The notes below the pieces were generated by a model that saw only the letters and a list, made by a program, of their open reading frames with translations, was not told where the DNA came from and did not search any database. 64,000 bases of DNA from Methanotrichaceae archaeon (GTDB lineage: Archaea > Halobacteriota > Methanosarcinia > Methanotrichales > Methanotrichaceae). Shown here in pieces: positions 42,022-51,870 of the stretch. Numbering within the stretch: the stretch's first letter is position 1; every line of letters starts with the position of its first letter. A program made the translations under genes and the position numbers. The stretch spans positions 288,001 through 352,000 of the forward strand of contig CAWEXU010000004.1 of the NCBI GenBank assembly GCA_963813075.1, given 5' to 3'.

Positions 42022-42903
42022 CTATAATCCGCAATAATCTAAGACAAAGCTTGAAGCCTTGCCTGCGGTGGCAGATTTTGCTTCCACTTTTACTACATTG
42101 TAGAAGCCCTCGATAATAAAGGGCTGAGTATCTCCGTGTGCAAGTACTGTCTCTACCCAAAGTTCGCTATAGTAGCTTGAACCAGACCTAGCATATCCCC
42201 TTATCCGATATTTCAGGTCGTTGCTGCCATTTGTGCAGGCTAAAATTATCGTTTTTTTGGAATAGCTCAAACAGTTCCAGGATAAGATGGCAACATAAGC
42301 GTCGGATGTGTTGCCGCTGACACTGGATGATAGCGACGCGGATGTATTGAGATCGAGCGTTTTCATGGGAGCTTGTCCATTCCGTGCCATCGAATGCATG
42401 CTACCAGTTGGCGCATCAAAGATCTTTAGCGCATCTTGTCTCTGCTCGCCGGTCTTATTGGTTGGAGTGCGCAGTGCATCCACAACTTCAATATCCAACG
42501 CTGTATCGCTGAACTCCTGTTCTTTTGGCACCAGCCCGCTTTCCCACCTAACCTCCCATTTATTGGCATCAAGCTGCCGTTTCTTGATACGATCGCAGTC
42601 GTCATGGCTAATCACGCTATCTGCATGATGGTTGCTTCCTTCAAGCGTAATTAGTGCAAAGACTAATCGTGTGTGGGCGGCGAAGTCTCCAATATCATAT
42701 GTCTGGCCGATGTTAGATCTTGATACATTTAAAATATGTTTATATTCAGGATGATGAAGCCAGATACTTCCATGGAAAGACATTCCGCTTTTCAGCTTTA
42801 ATAAGACCTTCCCAGTCTTTGGCATTATAATATCGCAGTTTCTTATTTTAAAGTTAATTGGATTTATCTGTTTTAAATCCATGATCCTCATCCCCTTCCG
42901 CAC
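42022..42903 (-). CDS. Hypothetical two-domain beta-rich protein
   Basis: 293-aa ORF; likely start ATG at 42882 after GAGG. Confidence 0.6.
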   Translation of the reverse strand: MRKGMRIMDLKQINPINFKIRNCDIIMPKTGKVLLKLKSGMSFHGSIWLHHPEYKHILNVSRSNIGQTYDIGDFAAHTRLVFALITLEGSNHHADSVISHDDCDRIKKRQLDANKWEVRWESGLVPKEQEFSDTALDIEVVDALRTPTNKTGEQRQDALKIFDAPTGSMHSMARNGQAPMKTLDLNTSASLSSSVSGNTSDAYVAILSWNCLSYSKKTIILACTNGSNDLKYRIRGYARSGSSYYSELWVETVLAHGDTQPFIIEGFYNVVKVEAKSATAGKASSFVLDYCGL

Positions 42904-42965
42904 TACACCCTCTCACTATAAATATCTTTCTAATTTTTAATATTAAGTAATTCTCGTAATTGCCT

Positions 42966-43103
42966 TTTCCCTGGGCTTTATGCTTTCGTCCTGCCTTGCG
43001 GAAGGCATCGCCAAAAGCCTGCAGTAGACGGGCCGAGCTCAAAGGAGTCTCTCTGGAGTTGGGAACAGGAATGGGGATGAAGCCACCTGTCTCCAGCCTG
43101 CGG
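42966..43103 (-). repeat. Diverged 138-bp direct copy of part of the CHAT-STAND gene (5412-5549)
   Basis: RRLETGGFIPIPVPNSRETPLSSARLLQAFGDAFRKAGRKHKAQG vs RRLETGGFVPIPVPSSKENPLNSARLLRAFGDAFRKAGRKNKAQG. Confidence 0.92.
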
Positions 43104-43396
43104 TTGACCATTAGAGACTGCAGACAAATCAAACTATCGGATAATTAATAGAAAATAAATCCAATTCAGCGACATAGAGGCTCGGTCTTCTGCCATCCAA
43201 TTTCGTTCATGGATCTTCAGGGCTTCAAAATATATGAGCTATAGATATGAGCCATAGCTGGCTGCATCGGACGCTCTCAGTCGCAATTTTGCTGTCCGGG
43301 AGAATCTCACCCACCGGGCCGAAATCGCATACGGAAAAGCTTTGTCCGAGCCGCTTTGCCGCGATTCAAAGCGCATTTTTTCTCTGGCCCGGGGCC

Positions 43397-44176
43397 TCAA
43401 ATTTCCTCCAAAGGAGCAGGAGGTTCAGAGGAAGCCGCAAGTCTCGCCTCCAGAAATCTATAGATATCGGCCGTAGCCAGCTTGGTGATGGGCAATATGA
43501 CCAGAACAGCGAGGATGGATATGATAAAGCTGAATATGGTAGAGAGGATCAGCACCATATCTGGAGATGAGGCCTCCGCCATCAAGCCCAGGGGGATCAT
43601 GATGAAGATCATTAAAATGATCATAATGATAGCTATGCCAGTATATAGAGACAGCCAGAAGACGAACAGGTTCATAATCGCGCCGGAGGTCATCCGACTG
43701 CTCTCCTTTAAAGCTTCTATCGGACCCAGTCTTTTGTCAACAATCAGATAGCCATAGAACTGATACTTCAGAGCAAGATAGATGCCGGGAACTATCAAGA
43801 GCATAAAGCCAATGAAAACCATCAAGCTGTAGATGATATAGGCGGCAAGGTACTTCAACAATAGAGGATACTGCCGAAATAGATCCTGGATTGGGGGCAA
43901 CAGTCCATCACGAAAGCTCAGAGAAATATCCAGCAGCCCAAGCTCCATCAACAGATAAATTATTCCCGAGGCGACCGCAATGAGGGCAAAAATGGCGATA
44001 ACGATAGACGAATCGGACGCATTCGCTTGGGAAAGGATAAGCGTCCATATCAGGCTGGGAAGATTGTATAGAACTGCCACTATGACCATTAGGACGAAAA
44101 AGAATTTAAGGTTGCTTTTCAGAGTGTTCCATCCAAAACGTATTGGATCAATAGGATCAAAAACATTATGTGACAT
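43397..44176 (-). CDS. Integral membrane protein (DUF975-like)
   Basis: LLIVPGIYLALKYQFYGYLIVD..GPIEALKESSRMT. Confidence 0.75.
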   Translation of the reverse strand: MSHNVFDPIDPIRFGWNTLKSNLKFFFVLMVIVAVLYNLPSLIWTLILSQANASDSSIVIAIFALIAVASGIIYLLMELGLLDISLSFRDGLLPPIQDLFRQYPLLLKYLAAYIIYSLMVFIGFMLLIVPGIYLALKYQFYGYLIVDKRLGPIEALKESSRMTSGAIMNLFVFWLSLYTGIAIIMIILMIFIMIPLGLMAEASSPDMVLILSTIFSFIISILAVLVILPITKLATADIYRFLEARLAASSEPPAPLEEI

Positions 44177-44332
44177 AGCTATAATTATGGCAGGGAAGTT
44201 ATTTACCTTTTTCTGTCAGTTGACCAACTGTACAGTCCCGAACGTTTGAACTCTATGAAAAGAGAGGCGCAAGTCCCGGATGAAAGCGCGAAATTGTGAT
44301 AGCTGCACAGCTATGATGGCCGCAATCCCATT

Positions 44333-45180
44333 TCACCCGCTGGCAGTGGGCGGAGCCCGTCTTCCTGACCGCCTCTCCAGCGTTCGATAGATATCCGACG
44401 TGGCCAGCTTGGTTATGGGCACCATTATAAACAATTGAATGGCGGAGGAGACGATGTCTCCTGCCAGGGGAGCGAGATCCTCGGAGATAATTCTCAGAAT
44501 TGCATAGACAGGAAGCTCTATAAAGATGCTAACTGTTGCAAGAGCAATAGCAATGCCTAAACCCATCTCCAGCCAGAAGATGAACAGGTTCTTCAACATG
44601 CCTTCCGTCAGCCTGCCGCTCTCCTTAAGAGCCTCAAGGGGCCCCGAGCCTCTGTCCACTATTACGTAGCCATAGAACTGATACTTCAAAAAAAGGTATA
44701 CTATAGCCACCAGGATGATTAAGGACAGAATGATGGAAATAATCGTTCCCGCTGTCCCATAGTCTCCTGCTTCCGGGAGTGTCCAGCTGAAAGGAATTAA
44801 CGATAACGGGAGGATTACCATCAGACCAAAGAGAATGCTGGCCACGGATAACTGATCAGCTTGGGATATTCCCGGAATAGATCACTGAGCTCTGCCTTTC
44901 CATTATCTCTGAAGCTCAAAGCGATTCTGAGCAATCCCACTTCCAGGGTGAGGTAGATTATCAGGGAGACGACCGCCATCAGAAGGCGCTTTGGTGCGTC
45001 CGGAGAAGAAATCGTGCCATTCGGCTCCTCCAAATGGAGGACATAAGCGGCAAATAAAGCCGGAAGATTGTATAGCAATGCCACTATAACCATTAGAATA
45101 ACGAAGAACCGAAGATTTTTCCATAGGCCATTCCAGCCAAATCGGATGGCATCAATGGAAAGAAAATCATCACGATTCAT
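44333..45180 (-). pseudogene. Tandem paralogue of the preceding membrane protein, frameshift near 44845
   Basis: ORFs 44821-45180 and 44333-44845 match the N- and C-halves of 43397-44176. Confidence 0.8.
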
Positions 45181-45318
45181 GAGTATAAATAGGGTCTGTA
45201 GATATTTAAATCTATCTTAGAGGATGAACCGAAAGTGTGAAATGAAGATAGAGAGAGATGAATTGTTAAATCCGCTGGATTGGCACCAGGACAATATAGA
45301 CGGGAAGTGAGTTGAGAG

Positions 45319-45765
45319 ATGGCGACGGTTTTGATAGTATATCACACCATATCAGGAAACACTGAGAAGATGGCAAAGGCTTTCGAGGAGGGTGCAAAGA
45401 GCGTCTCAGGGATCGATGTCGTGGTCAAGAAGGCATTCGATGCCTCTTTGGATGACCTTCTGGGCTGCGATGCAGTAGCTTTCGGGTCCGCTGATTACTT
45501 CAGCTACATCGCAGGAGCGCTTAAGGATTTCTTCGACCGGACTTATTATCCGTCTCGGGGAATGGTAGTGGGAAAGCCTTATGCTGCATTTGCCACCGGC
45601 GGCGGGGGAGGCGATATCGCCCTTGATGTCCTCGACCGCCTCTGCGGCTCATTCAAACTGAGCAAATCCGCATTTGGCGTCTCTGCCCAGGGCGCACCAT
45701 CATCTGAGGTCCTGGCAAAGTGCAGGGAGACGGGAAAGAGATTGGCGGAGATCGCCCTAAAGTGA
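45319..45765 (+). CDS. Flavodoxin / WrbA-like NAD(P)H-dependent oxidoreductase
   Basis: IVYHTISGNTEKMA, FGSADYF, LKDFFDR. Confidence 0.88.
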   Translation: MATVLIVYHTISGNTEKMAKAFEEGAKSVSGIDVVVKKAFDASLDDLLGCDAVAFGSADYFSYIAGALKDFFDRTYYPSRGMVVGKPYAAFATGGGGGDIALDVLDRLCGSFKLSKSAFGVSAQGAPSSEVLAKCRETGKRLAEIALK

Positions 45766-45820
45766 GAACATCCTCTCTTTAGATGACCCGTCAGTTTCAA
45801 CAGCCTGATATCCCAATTCC

Positions 45821-46591
45821 TCAGACCCTGTCCAGAGGGGAATCAGCCCCGGCAAGACGGCCCAGTCCCTTCCCGGCCTCCTCCCGACAGCTTTTGGCCT
45901 CCGCCATATCCGGATCGATCTGGATAGCCCTCTCCGCTGCCAATATTGCCAGGTCGTACTCCGCCAGGTTGATCAGTGCATTGCACCGGTTGCACCAGGC
46001 CAGGGCAGACTGGGGATCGATCTCGATGGCCCGGTCATATGCGGCCACCGCCTGCTCATACCTTTTCAGTTGAACGAGCACATTGCCCTTATTGATCCAG
46101 GCCCTGGCATCCTCTCCATTCAGCTCGGTGGATCTATTGGATGCCTCCAATGCCTCATCGTACCTTCCCAGGTTGTACAGGACCACACCCCGGTTGTACC
46201 AGGCTTCCGAATTTTGCGGCTCGATCTCAACCACCCGCTCAAAGGCGACCAGGGCCTCATCATACCTGCCCTGCTGGGTTAAAGCAACCCCTTTATTGTA
46301 CCAGGCCCGGGCATAATCAGGATAATCCTGGATGTAGCGGTCGAACTCCGCTATAGCCTCGTCGTACCGGCCCTGCTCGGCCAGGTCAATGCCCTTATTG
46401 TAGCAGTTGATGCTGTCATTCTCACTCAAAGCGGCTGCGCAAAGGCCCGATTGAATTAGCGACAGATGAATCAGGATGCCGACAGCAATCAGGATAAAGA
46501 TAAAGCTCTCTTTGATGATCCTTCCTCCGAGGATATCATTTCCCATATCTATAGAAAAAGATTTTGGAGGCTCAAATTCATTTCCCTCCAT
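45821..46591 (-). CDS. TPR protein with N-terminal membrane/signal segment
   Basis: 34-aa repeats AWYNKG..GRYDEA. Confidence 0.88.
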   Translation of the reverse strand: MEGNEFEPPKSFSIDMGNDILGGRIIKESFIFILIAVGILIHLSLIQSGLCAAALSENDSINCYNKGIDLAEQGRYDEAIAEFDRYIQDYPDYARAWYNKGVALTQQGRYDEALVAFERVVEIEPQNSEAWYNRGVVLYNLGRYDEALEASNRSTELNGEDARAWINKGNVLVQLKRYEQAVAAYDRAIEIDPQSALAWCNRCNALINLAEYDLAILAAERAIQIDPDMAEAKSCREEAGKGLGRLAGADSPLDRV

Positions 46592-47298
46592 CAGTGCATC
46601 GGGAATAGATGCCGTCTCATGAATGTCTTATAGATAAAGGTGAGCAGAATTCCTGCCACGAACCCTCCAATGTGAGCCCAGTAGGCCACCCCGCCCCCTT
46701 CTGCTACCACTCCCAAAGAGGCCACTCCGCTGAATAGCTGGATGACAAACCAGACCAGGATGAAAAGCAGCGCTGGAACCTTGGTGATGCGATAGAAAAA
46801 TCCGAAGAATATAAACAGGCGCACAACGCCCTGAGGCAGGAGGAGCAGGTATCCGGCCAGGACCCCGGATATTGCCCCGCTGGCCCCCACATTGGGGATG
46901 GTTGAGGCCGGGTCGGCGGCGATCTGGGCGGCTGCTGCCGCAAGGCCGCAGAGCAGATAGAAGATCAGATAGGGGACGGGACCCATCAGGTCCTCCACAT
47001 TGTCCCCAAATACGGCAAGAAAGACCATATTGGAGAGGATGTGCAATATGCCCGCATGGACGAACATGGAGGTGAAAAAGGTAGAATAAGGATGAAGCAT
47101 GCCGCCCTGGCCAGTCATGACATCGGCAGGCACCAGGCCGAAGGTATTGAAGAAGGAATTCACTCCCTGCGATCCGTCTGAGATCAGAATGAAGATCTCA
47201 TAGAGAAAAAAAATGATGTTGATTGCCACTAATGCTGCCGTAACCGCAGGAAAACTTCGGCGCGGTATGATCTCCTCTGTGCCCACCGGTGCAAACAT
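46591..47298 (-). CDS. Rhomboid intramembrane serine protease
   Basis: [23 protein letters not shown]. Confidence 0.93.
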   Translation of the reverse strand: MFAPVGTEEIIPRRSFPAVTAALVAINIIFFLYEIFILISDGSQGVNSFFNTFGLVPADVMTGQGGMLHPYSTFFTSMFVHAGILHILSNMVFLAVFGDNVEDLMGPVPYLIFYLLCGLAAAAAQIAADPASTIPNVGASGAISGVLAGYLLLLPQGVVRLFIFFGFFYRITKVPALLFILVWFVIQLFSGVASLGVVAEGGGVAYWAHIGGFVAGILLTFIYKTFMRRHLFPMH

Positions 47299-47512
47299 CT
47301 TTCACCTCAAATCTGGTCTTCTCTTGTGCTCGATTAGGTGCCCGTATGTGATCTCTTGGGCTCATGCATGTGCTCTATCGGGCAATTCTATTTGCTCTCA
47401 GAGCTTCTGCACTCACGATCAAATTAGCTGTCAATCATTATCAAATTACCTGTCAATATACTTATCCGATCAAGAGCAAAAGATAAATAACCATCAAGAC
47501 AAACCAATACCT

Positions 47513-48343
47513 ATGGCCAATATGATCAGAACGACCCTATTGCTGGCCGGTCTGACAGGAATTTTGCTGCTGATCGGCGGCTTTTTGGGGGGAAGGAGCG
47601 GCATGCTCATAGCCCTGATCTTCTCCGTTTTAATGAACTTTGGATCTTACTGGTACAGCGATAAATTGGTCTTGAAGATGTACAAGGCCCGCGAGCTGAA
47701 TAGTGCGGAGTCACCGGAGCTCTTTGGCATGGTTCAGAACCTGGCCGCTAACGCCGGCCTACCCATGCCCAGGCTTTATGTGGTCGAGGATCCCATGCCC
47801 AATGCCTTTGCCACGGGCAGGGATCCCAAGCACGCCGCTGTCGCTGTGACCACCGGCATCACCAGGATTCTCAGCAAAGATGAGCTGGCAGGAGTGATCT
47901 CTCATGAGCTGGCTCACGTTAGGAATCGGGATACCCTGATCAGCACCATTGCAGCCACCATTGCTGGAGTGATCACATTCATGGCCAGTATGGCCCAGTG
48001 GTCACTGATCTTTGGGGGAGGGGACGATGATGGCGCCAACCCGGTGGGAATCTTAGCCATGGCTATCCTGGCCCCCATTGCTGCCAGCATTGTCCAGCTG
48101 GCGATATCCCGGGGCAGAGAGTTTGAGGCCGATGCCGGGGGAGCGAAGATAAGCGGCAATCCCCTTTCCCTGGCCAGTGCCCTGGCCAAGCTGGAGTCGG
48201 GCAACCGGGCGGTGCGCTCGGACGTAAATCCATCCACTGCCCATATGTTCATCGTCAACCCCCTCAAAGGAAAGGCAATGGCATCGCTCTTCTCCACCCA
48301 TCCCAGCACAGAGGAGAGGATCGCCCGCCTCCGGTCAATGTAG
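47513..48343 (+). CDS. htpX: Zinc metalloprotease HtpX
   Basis: [29 protein letters not shown]; real start at ATG 47513 or 47522. Confidence 0.95.
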   Translation: MANMIRTTLLLAGLTGILLLIGGFLGGRSGMLIALIFSVLMNFGSYWYSDKLVLKMYKARELNSAESPELFGMVQNLAANAGLPMPRLYVVEDPMPNAFATGRDPKHAAVAVTTGITRILSKDELAGVISHELAHVRNRDTLISTIAATIAGVITFMASMAQWSLIFGGGDDDGANPVGILAMAILAPIAASIVQLAISRGREFEADAGGAKISGNPLSLASALAKLESGNRAVRSDVNPSTAHMFIVNPLKGKAMASLFSTHPSTEERIARLRSM

Positions 48344-48480
48344 ATTAGGGGACCGGATCGGTTGATGAAAAATAATAGGATCAGAAGATTCGAAAGGATT
48401 AGAAGGATCAGAAAGAAAGGGAAGTGGCCAGGCTAAGCAGCAACTACTGCCGCCTGGCGGTGATCTTTTCCGGGCATCCG

Positions 48481-48969
48481 TCACTCCGCAGGTATTGATT
48501 CAGCCAGGGGAGTAGCGCTTTTTAAGGAGTCCTTTATCCTCCGGTCGCAGCTCATGCAGATCCCCTCCAGGTCGAAGCTCGATCCGATGACCGTGAAGTT
48601 GGCATTGCGAGAGACCTGATTCACCAATTTTGGCATTATCGGGTCCATCCAATCGGTGATGCTGCCGCACTGCAGGCAGACCAGGTGCGCATGGGGCTCC
48701 ACGTTGGGGTCGTATCTGGTTTGCGATTGAGACAGATTCAGCTCACAGATCAGGCCGGTCTCTTTTAAGATTTTAATTGTGGTGTAGATGGTGGCCAGGC
48801 TTACTGTGGGATGGGTCTTTTTGACCTCCTGATATGTCCTTTGCGCTGTAGGATGCTCATGATTACGCAGTATGTATCTGCTGATGGCAATCCTCTGGGG
48901 AGTGGCTCTATAGCCGCTATTGCGAAATGTCTTTATGATGGTTGAATCCAGGCTGTCGGCACTGATCAT
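48481..48969 (-). CDS. Fur/PerR-family transcriptional regulator
   Basis: TPQRIAI, HPTA, SLATIY, HAHLVCLQCG, CMSC. Confidence 0.92.
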   Translation of the reverse strand: MISADSLDSTIIKTFRNSGYRATPQRIAISRYILRNHEHPTAQRTYQEVKKTHPTVSLATIYTTIKILKETGLICELNLSQSQTRYDPNVEPHAHLVCLQCGSITDWMDPIMPKLVNQVSRNANFTVIGSSFDLEGICMSCDRRIKDSLKSATPLAESIPAE

Positions 48970-48973
48970 AGTA

Positions 48974-48989
48974 ATTATTATCTAATAAT
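48974..48989. promoter_or_regulatory. Candidate Fur/PerR operator
   Basis: Perfect 7-2-7 inverted repeat ATTATTA-TC-TAATAAT in the divergent intergenic region. Confidence 0.4.
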
Positions 48990-49047
48990 CACTCTTAAAT
49001 AAACCTATCCCTAAGGCGAATAGCACTAACAGACAAATAATACCCTG

Positions 49048-49428
49048 GTGATAAATATGATTCATACCGATCGAATATTTTCCTTTCAGGAGCTAGGAAG
49101 CGAAGAGGAGCTGGTGGAGGCAATGACTAACCACATCTGGCCCGTTTGCTACAGCTTCTTTTACGGGAAGCTGCTCTACCTCAGCGACGGCGACTCTGAG
49201 GAGGCGCCTGAGTACGCGGTGGTGACCATCGACAGCACGGGGGGACATCATGGAGTCACCGGTCGCGAGGTGGGCAGGATCAAACCACGCGGTCTATCTA
49301 ATGAGAAAGTGCACGAATTCATCCAGAATATGAGTCAAGGGCACTATGCCGGCGAGATCCCGGTCCAAGCTCAGGTGGAGCCCAAATGGCATCATAGCTG
49401 CAAGTTCTGCCAGATGGAAGAGGATTAA
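49048..49428 (+). CDS. Hypothetical protein with C-terminal HHSCxxC
   Basis: 126-aa ORF with host-like codon usage, first gene before prx and sod. Confidence 0.7.
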   Translation: MINMIHTDRIFSFQELGSEEELVEAMTNHIWPVCYSFFYGKLLYLSDGDSEEAPEYAVVTIDSTGGHHGVTGREVGRIKPRGLSNEKVHEFIQNMSQGHYAGEIPVQAQVEPKWHHSCKFCQMEED

Positions 49429-49489
49429 AAAGATAACTCATGAGAATCAAATATAAGTGATAAAGATATGATAAAGAGGAGATAAAACT

Positions 49490-50251
49490 ATGTGCGTTTC
49501 GGATAAAATGGGCCCCTCAAAGGGATTTGAGCATAGCGACCTTTATCACATGGAGCATCATTCGGGCCATCATATGGGTCACCATATGGGACATCATATG
49601 GGTGAAAAGGGTGGCTTCCCGTTGATCGGAGACAAGTTCCCATCCATGGAGGTCAAGACCACTCATGGCATGATTAAGATGCCTGATGCATATTCCGGAA
49701 AGTGGTTTGTCCTTTTCAGCCATCCTGGGGACTTCACCCCTGTATGCACCACCGAGTTTGTCGCTTTTCAGAAGATGAGGGCTGACTTTGATAAGCTGAA
49801 CTGCGAGCTGATCGGCCTGTCGGTGGACCAGGTTTTCGCTCATATGAAGTGGACCCAGTGGATCAAAGAGAACCTGAAGGTGGAGATCACCTTCCCCATA
49901 ATCGCTGACGACCTGGGAAAAGTTGCCATGAGGCTGGGGATGATTCATCCTGGCAAGGGCGCTAATACCGTCAGAGCGGTCTTCATCATCGATCCCGAGG
50001 CCACAATTCGCCTGATCCTCTTCTATCCCCAGGAGATAGGAAGGAACATGGGCGAGATTATCAGGGCTCTTGAGGCGCTGCAGGTCGTGGACAAGAACAA
50101 GGTAGCAACTCCTGCAAACTGGCCCAACAACGATTTCCTCGGCGACCAGGTAATCATTCCCCCGCCAGCGGACGAGAAGGCTGCAGCCAGCAGAAAGACC
50201 GGCGGCGACATGGTCTGCGAAGACTGGTGGTTCTGCCACAAAAAACTGTGA
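49490..50251 (+). CDS. Peroxiredoxin (archaeal Prx6/TDXH type) with His-rich N-terminal extension
   Basis: [36 protein letters not shown]. Confidence 0.95.
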   Translation: MCVSDKMGPSKGFEHSDLYHMEHHSGHHMGHHMGHHMGEKGGFPLIGDKFPSMEVKTTHGMIKMPDAYSGKWFVLFSHPGDFTPVCTTEFVAFQKMRADFDKLNCELIGLSVDQVFAHMKWTQWIKENLKVEITFPIIADDLGKVAMRLGMIHPGKGANTVRAVFIIDPEATIRLILFYPQEIGRNMGEIIRALEALQVVDKNKVATPANWPNNDFLGDQVIIPPPADEKAAASRKTGGDMVCEDWWFCHKKL

Positions 50252-50305
50252 GTTGTAAGTAATTGATAAGAATTAATGAGATCGAGATAATTGATGGTGA
50301 TATAA

Positions 50306-50921
50306 ATGGTTGAGAAGAAGAAGTACGTCCTGCCCGCGCTGCCCTATGCCGGCAATGCTCTGGAGCCTCATATCACTGAGGCCCAACTGGTACTGCATCA
50401 TGATAAGCATCATGCTGCCTATGTGAACGGCGCCAATGCCATCCTGGAGAGGCTGGAGAAGGCCAGAGATTCTGGCTCGGATGTAGATATGAAGGCCACA
50501 CCTAAAGGAGCTCTCCTTCCAGGCAGGAGGCCATGTGCTGCATAGCTTATTCTGGGCGAACCTCGCTCCTGCCTCTAAAACCAGCAAGGAGCCGGGTGGC
50601 GTTCTGGCCGAAGTTCTGAAAAAGGAGTTCGGATCCATTGAGCGCTTCAAGAAGGAGTTTACCACTGCTGCCGTGAGCACAGAGGGCTCAGGCTGGGCGG
50701 CCTTATCCTGGTGCGCCATGACCGGCAGGCCGATCATTATGCAGATCGAAAAGCATAATGTGAACGTCTACCCCATGTTCCGTATCCTCATGGTCCTGGA
50801 CGTCTGGGAGCATGCCTACTACCTGGACTACAAGAACGAGAGGGCGAAGTTCGTGGAGGCCTTCTGGAACATCGTGAACTGGGATGAGGTAAACCGAAGG
50901 CTGGAAGCGGCAATTAAATAA
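50306..50921 (+). CDS. sod: Fe/Mn superoxide dismutase, +1 frameshift near 50500
   Basis: [30 protein letters not shown]. Confidence 0.92.
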
Positions 50922-51016
50922 TTACCTCCTTTTACCTTTTCTATTTTTTTATCGCTTCTCATAATCCAGCATAATAGATATATGTCTCGATCCAGATCAA
51001 CAACTGGAGGGATACG

Positions 51017-51565
51017 ATCGATTCAACACATATCTGCCCCTGGTGGCTTGCATATGCTCTGGACAATCCGATTCGAAGGCTCGTACATGATCCTGCAAAG
51101 ATCCTCTCTGGATATATCGAAAACGGACAGACTGTACTTGATATAGGATGCGGATCGGGCACGTTCACCATCTTCATGGCAAAGATGGTGGGCGAGAAGG
51201 GATCGGTGATTGCAGTTGATCTCCAGGATGAAATGCTGCAGATGGTAAGACAGAAAGCGGCCAAAGAAAAGCTGGAATCTCGCATAATCACTCATAAGAG
51301 TAATCCGGATAAAATTGGCATCCCGACCAAAGTCGATTTCGCCTTAGCCTTCTATGTGGTCCATGAAGTGCCCGATAGAGAGGCATTGCTCAGGGAAATC
51401 GCCTCCATGCTCCAGCCAGGAGGCAAGCTGATGATAGTTGAGCCCATTTTTCATGTTTCAGAATCCTCATTCAAAAAGACTTTAGAAGCAGCAAAGCATG
51501 CAGGCCTGAAGCTGGTTTGTGAGCCAAAGATCAGGTTCAGTCGCACTATGATCCTTCAAATGTAA
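51017..51565 (+). CDS. Class I SAM-dependent methyltransferase; no canonical start upstream of motif I
   Basis: In-frame HICPWWLAYALDNPIRR..VLDIGCGSG upstream of ATG 51176. Confidence 0.8.
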   Translation: MDSTHICPWWLAYALDNPIRRLVHDPAKILSGYIENGQTVLDIGCGSGTFTIFMAKMVGEKGSVIAVDLQDEMLQMVRQKAAKEKLESRIITHKSNPDKIGIPTKVDFALAFYVVHEVPDREALLREIASMLQPGGKLMIVEPIFHVSESSFKKTLEAAKHAGLKLVCEPKIRFSRTMILQM

Positions 51566-51591
51566 TCGAGTCCTCTGAACAAAGACTTAAG

Positions 51592-51870
51592 ATGGAAGAG
51601 GTTTATGGGAACACCTCTATGGATACGGTTGAGGAAAGGGCAAAGACGCAGCTCATGGTCATCGAGATGTCCTATAACATCAAGATCCAGAATAAAGAGG
51701 AGATCGCTCGGTTCATTGCGGCAAAAGCCAAAGATAATAGAGAGGTCTTGATGATCTCTTCGGCCATCAGCTCCTGGATTGCCAGAAATGGCATATCAAA
51801 AGAGACTGTGCTTCCCATCGATATGGTGATGCAATCCATAAAGGCAGTCAATGATATCGATAGAAGTTGA
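51592..51870 (+). CDS. Hypothetical protein
   Basis: 92-aa ORF overlapping the start of the radical SAM gene. Confidence 0.6.
   Translation: MEEVYGNTSMDTVEERAKTQLMVIEMSYNIKIQNKEEIARFIAAKAKDNREVLMISSAISSWIARNGISKETVLPIDMVMQSIKAVNDIDRS

Noticed and set aside
47213..47512. 100-aa N-terminal extension of HtpX in the ORF track
   Set aside because: Overlaps the rhomboid start and the intergenic region; HtpX similarity starts at 47513
50495..50505. Programmed frameshifting in sod
   Set aside because: No slippery heptamer or stimulatory structure; similar indels occur in unrelated genes
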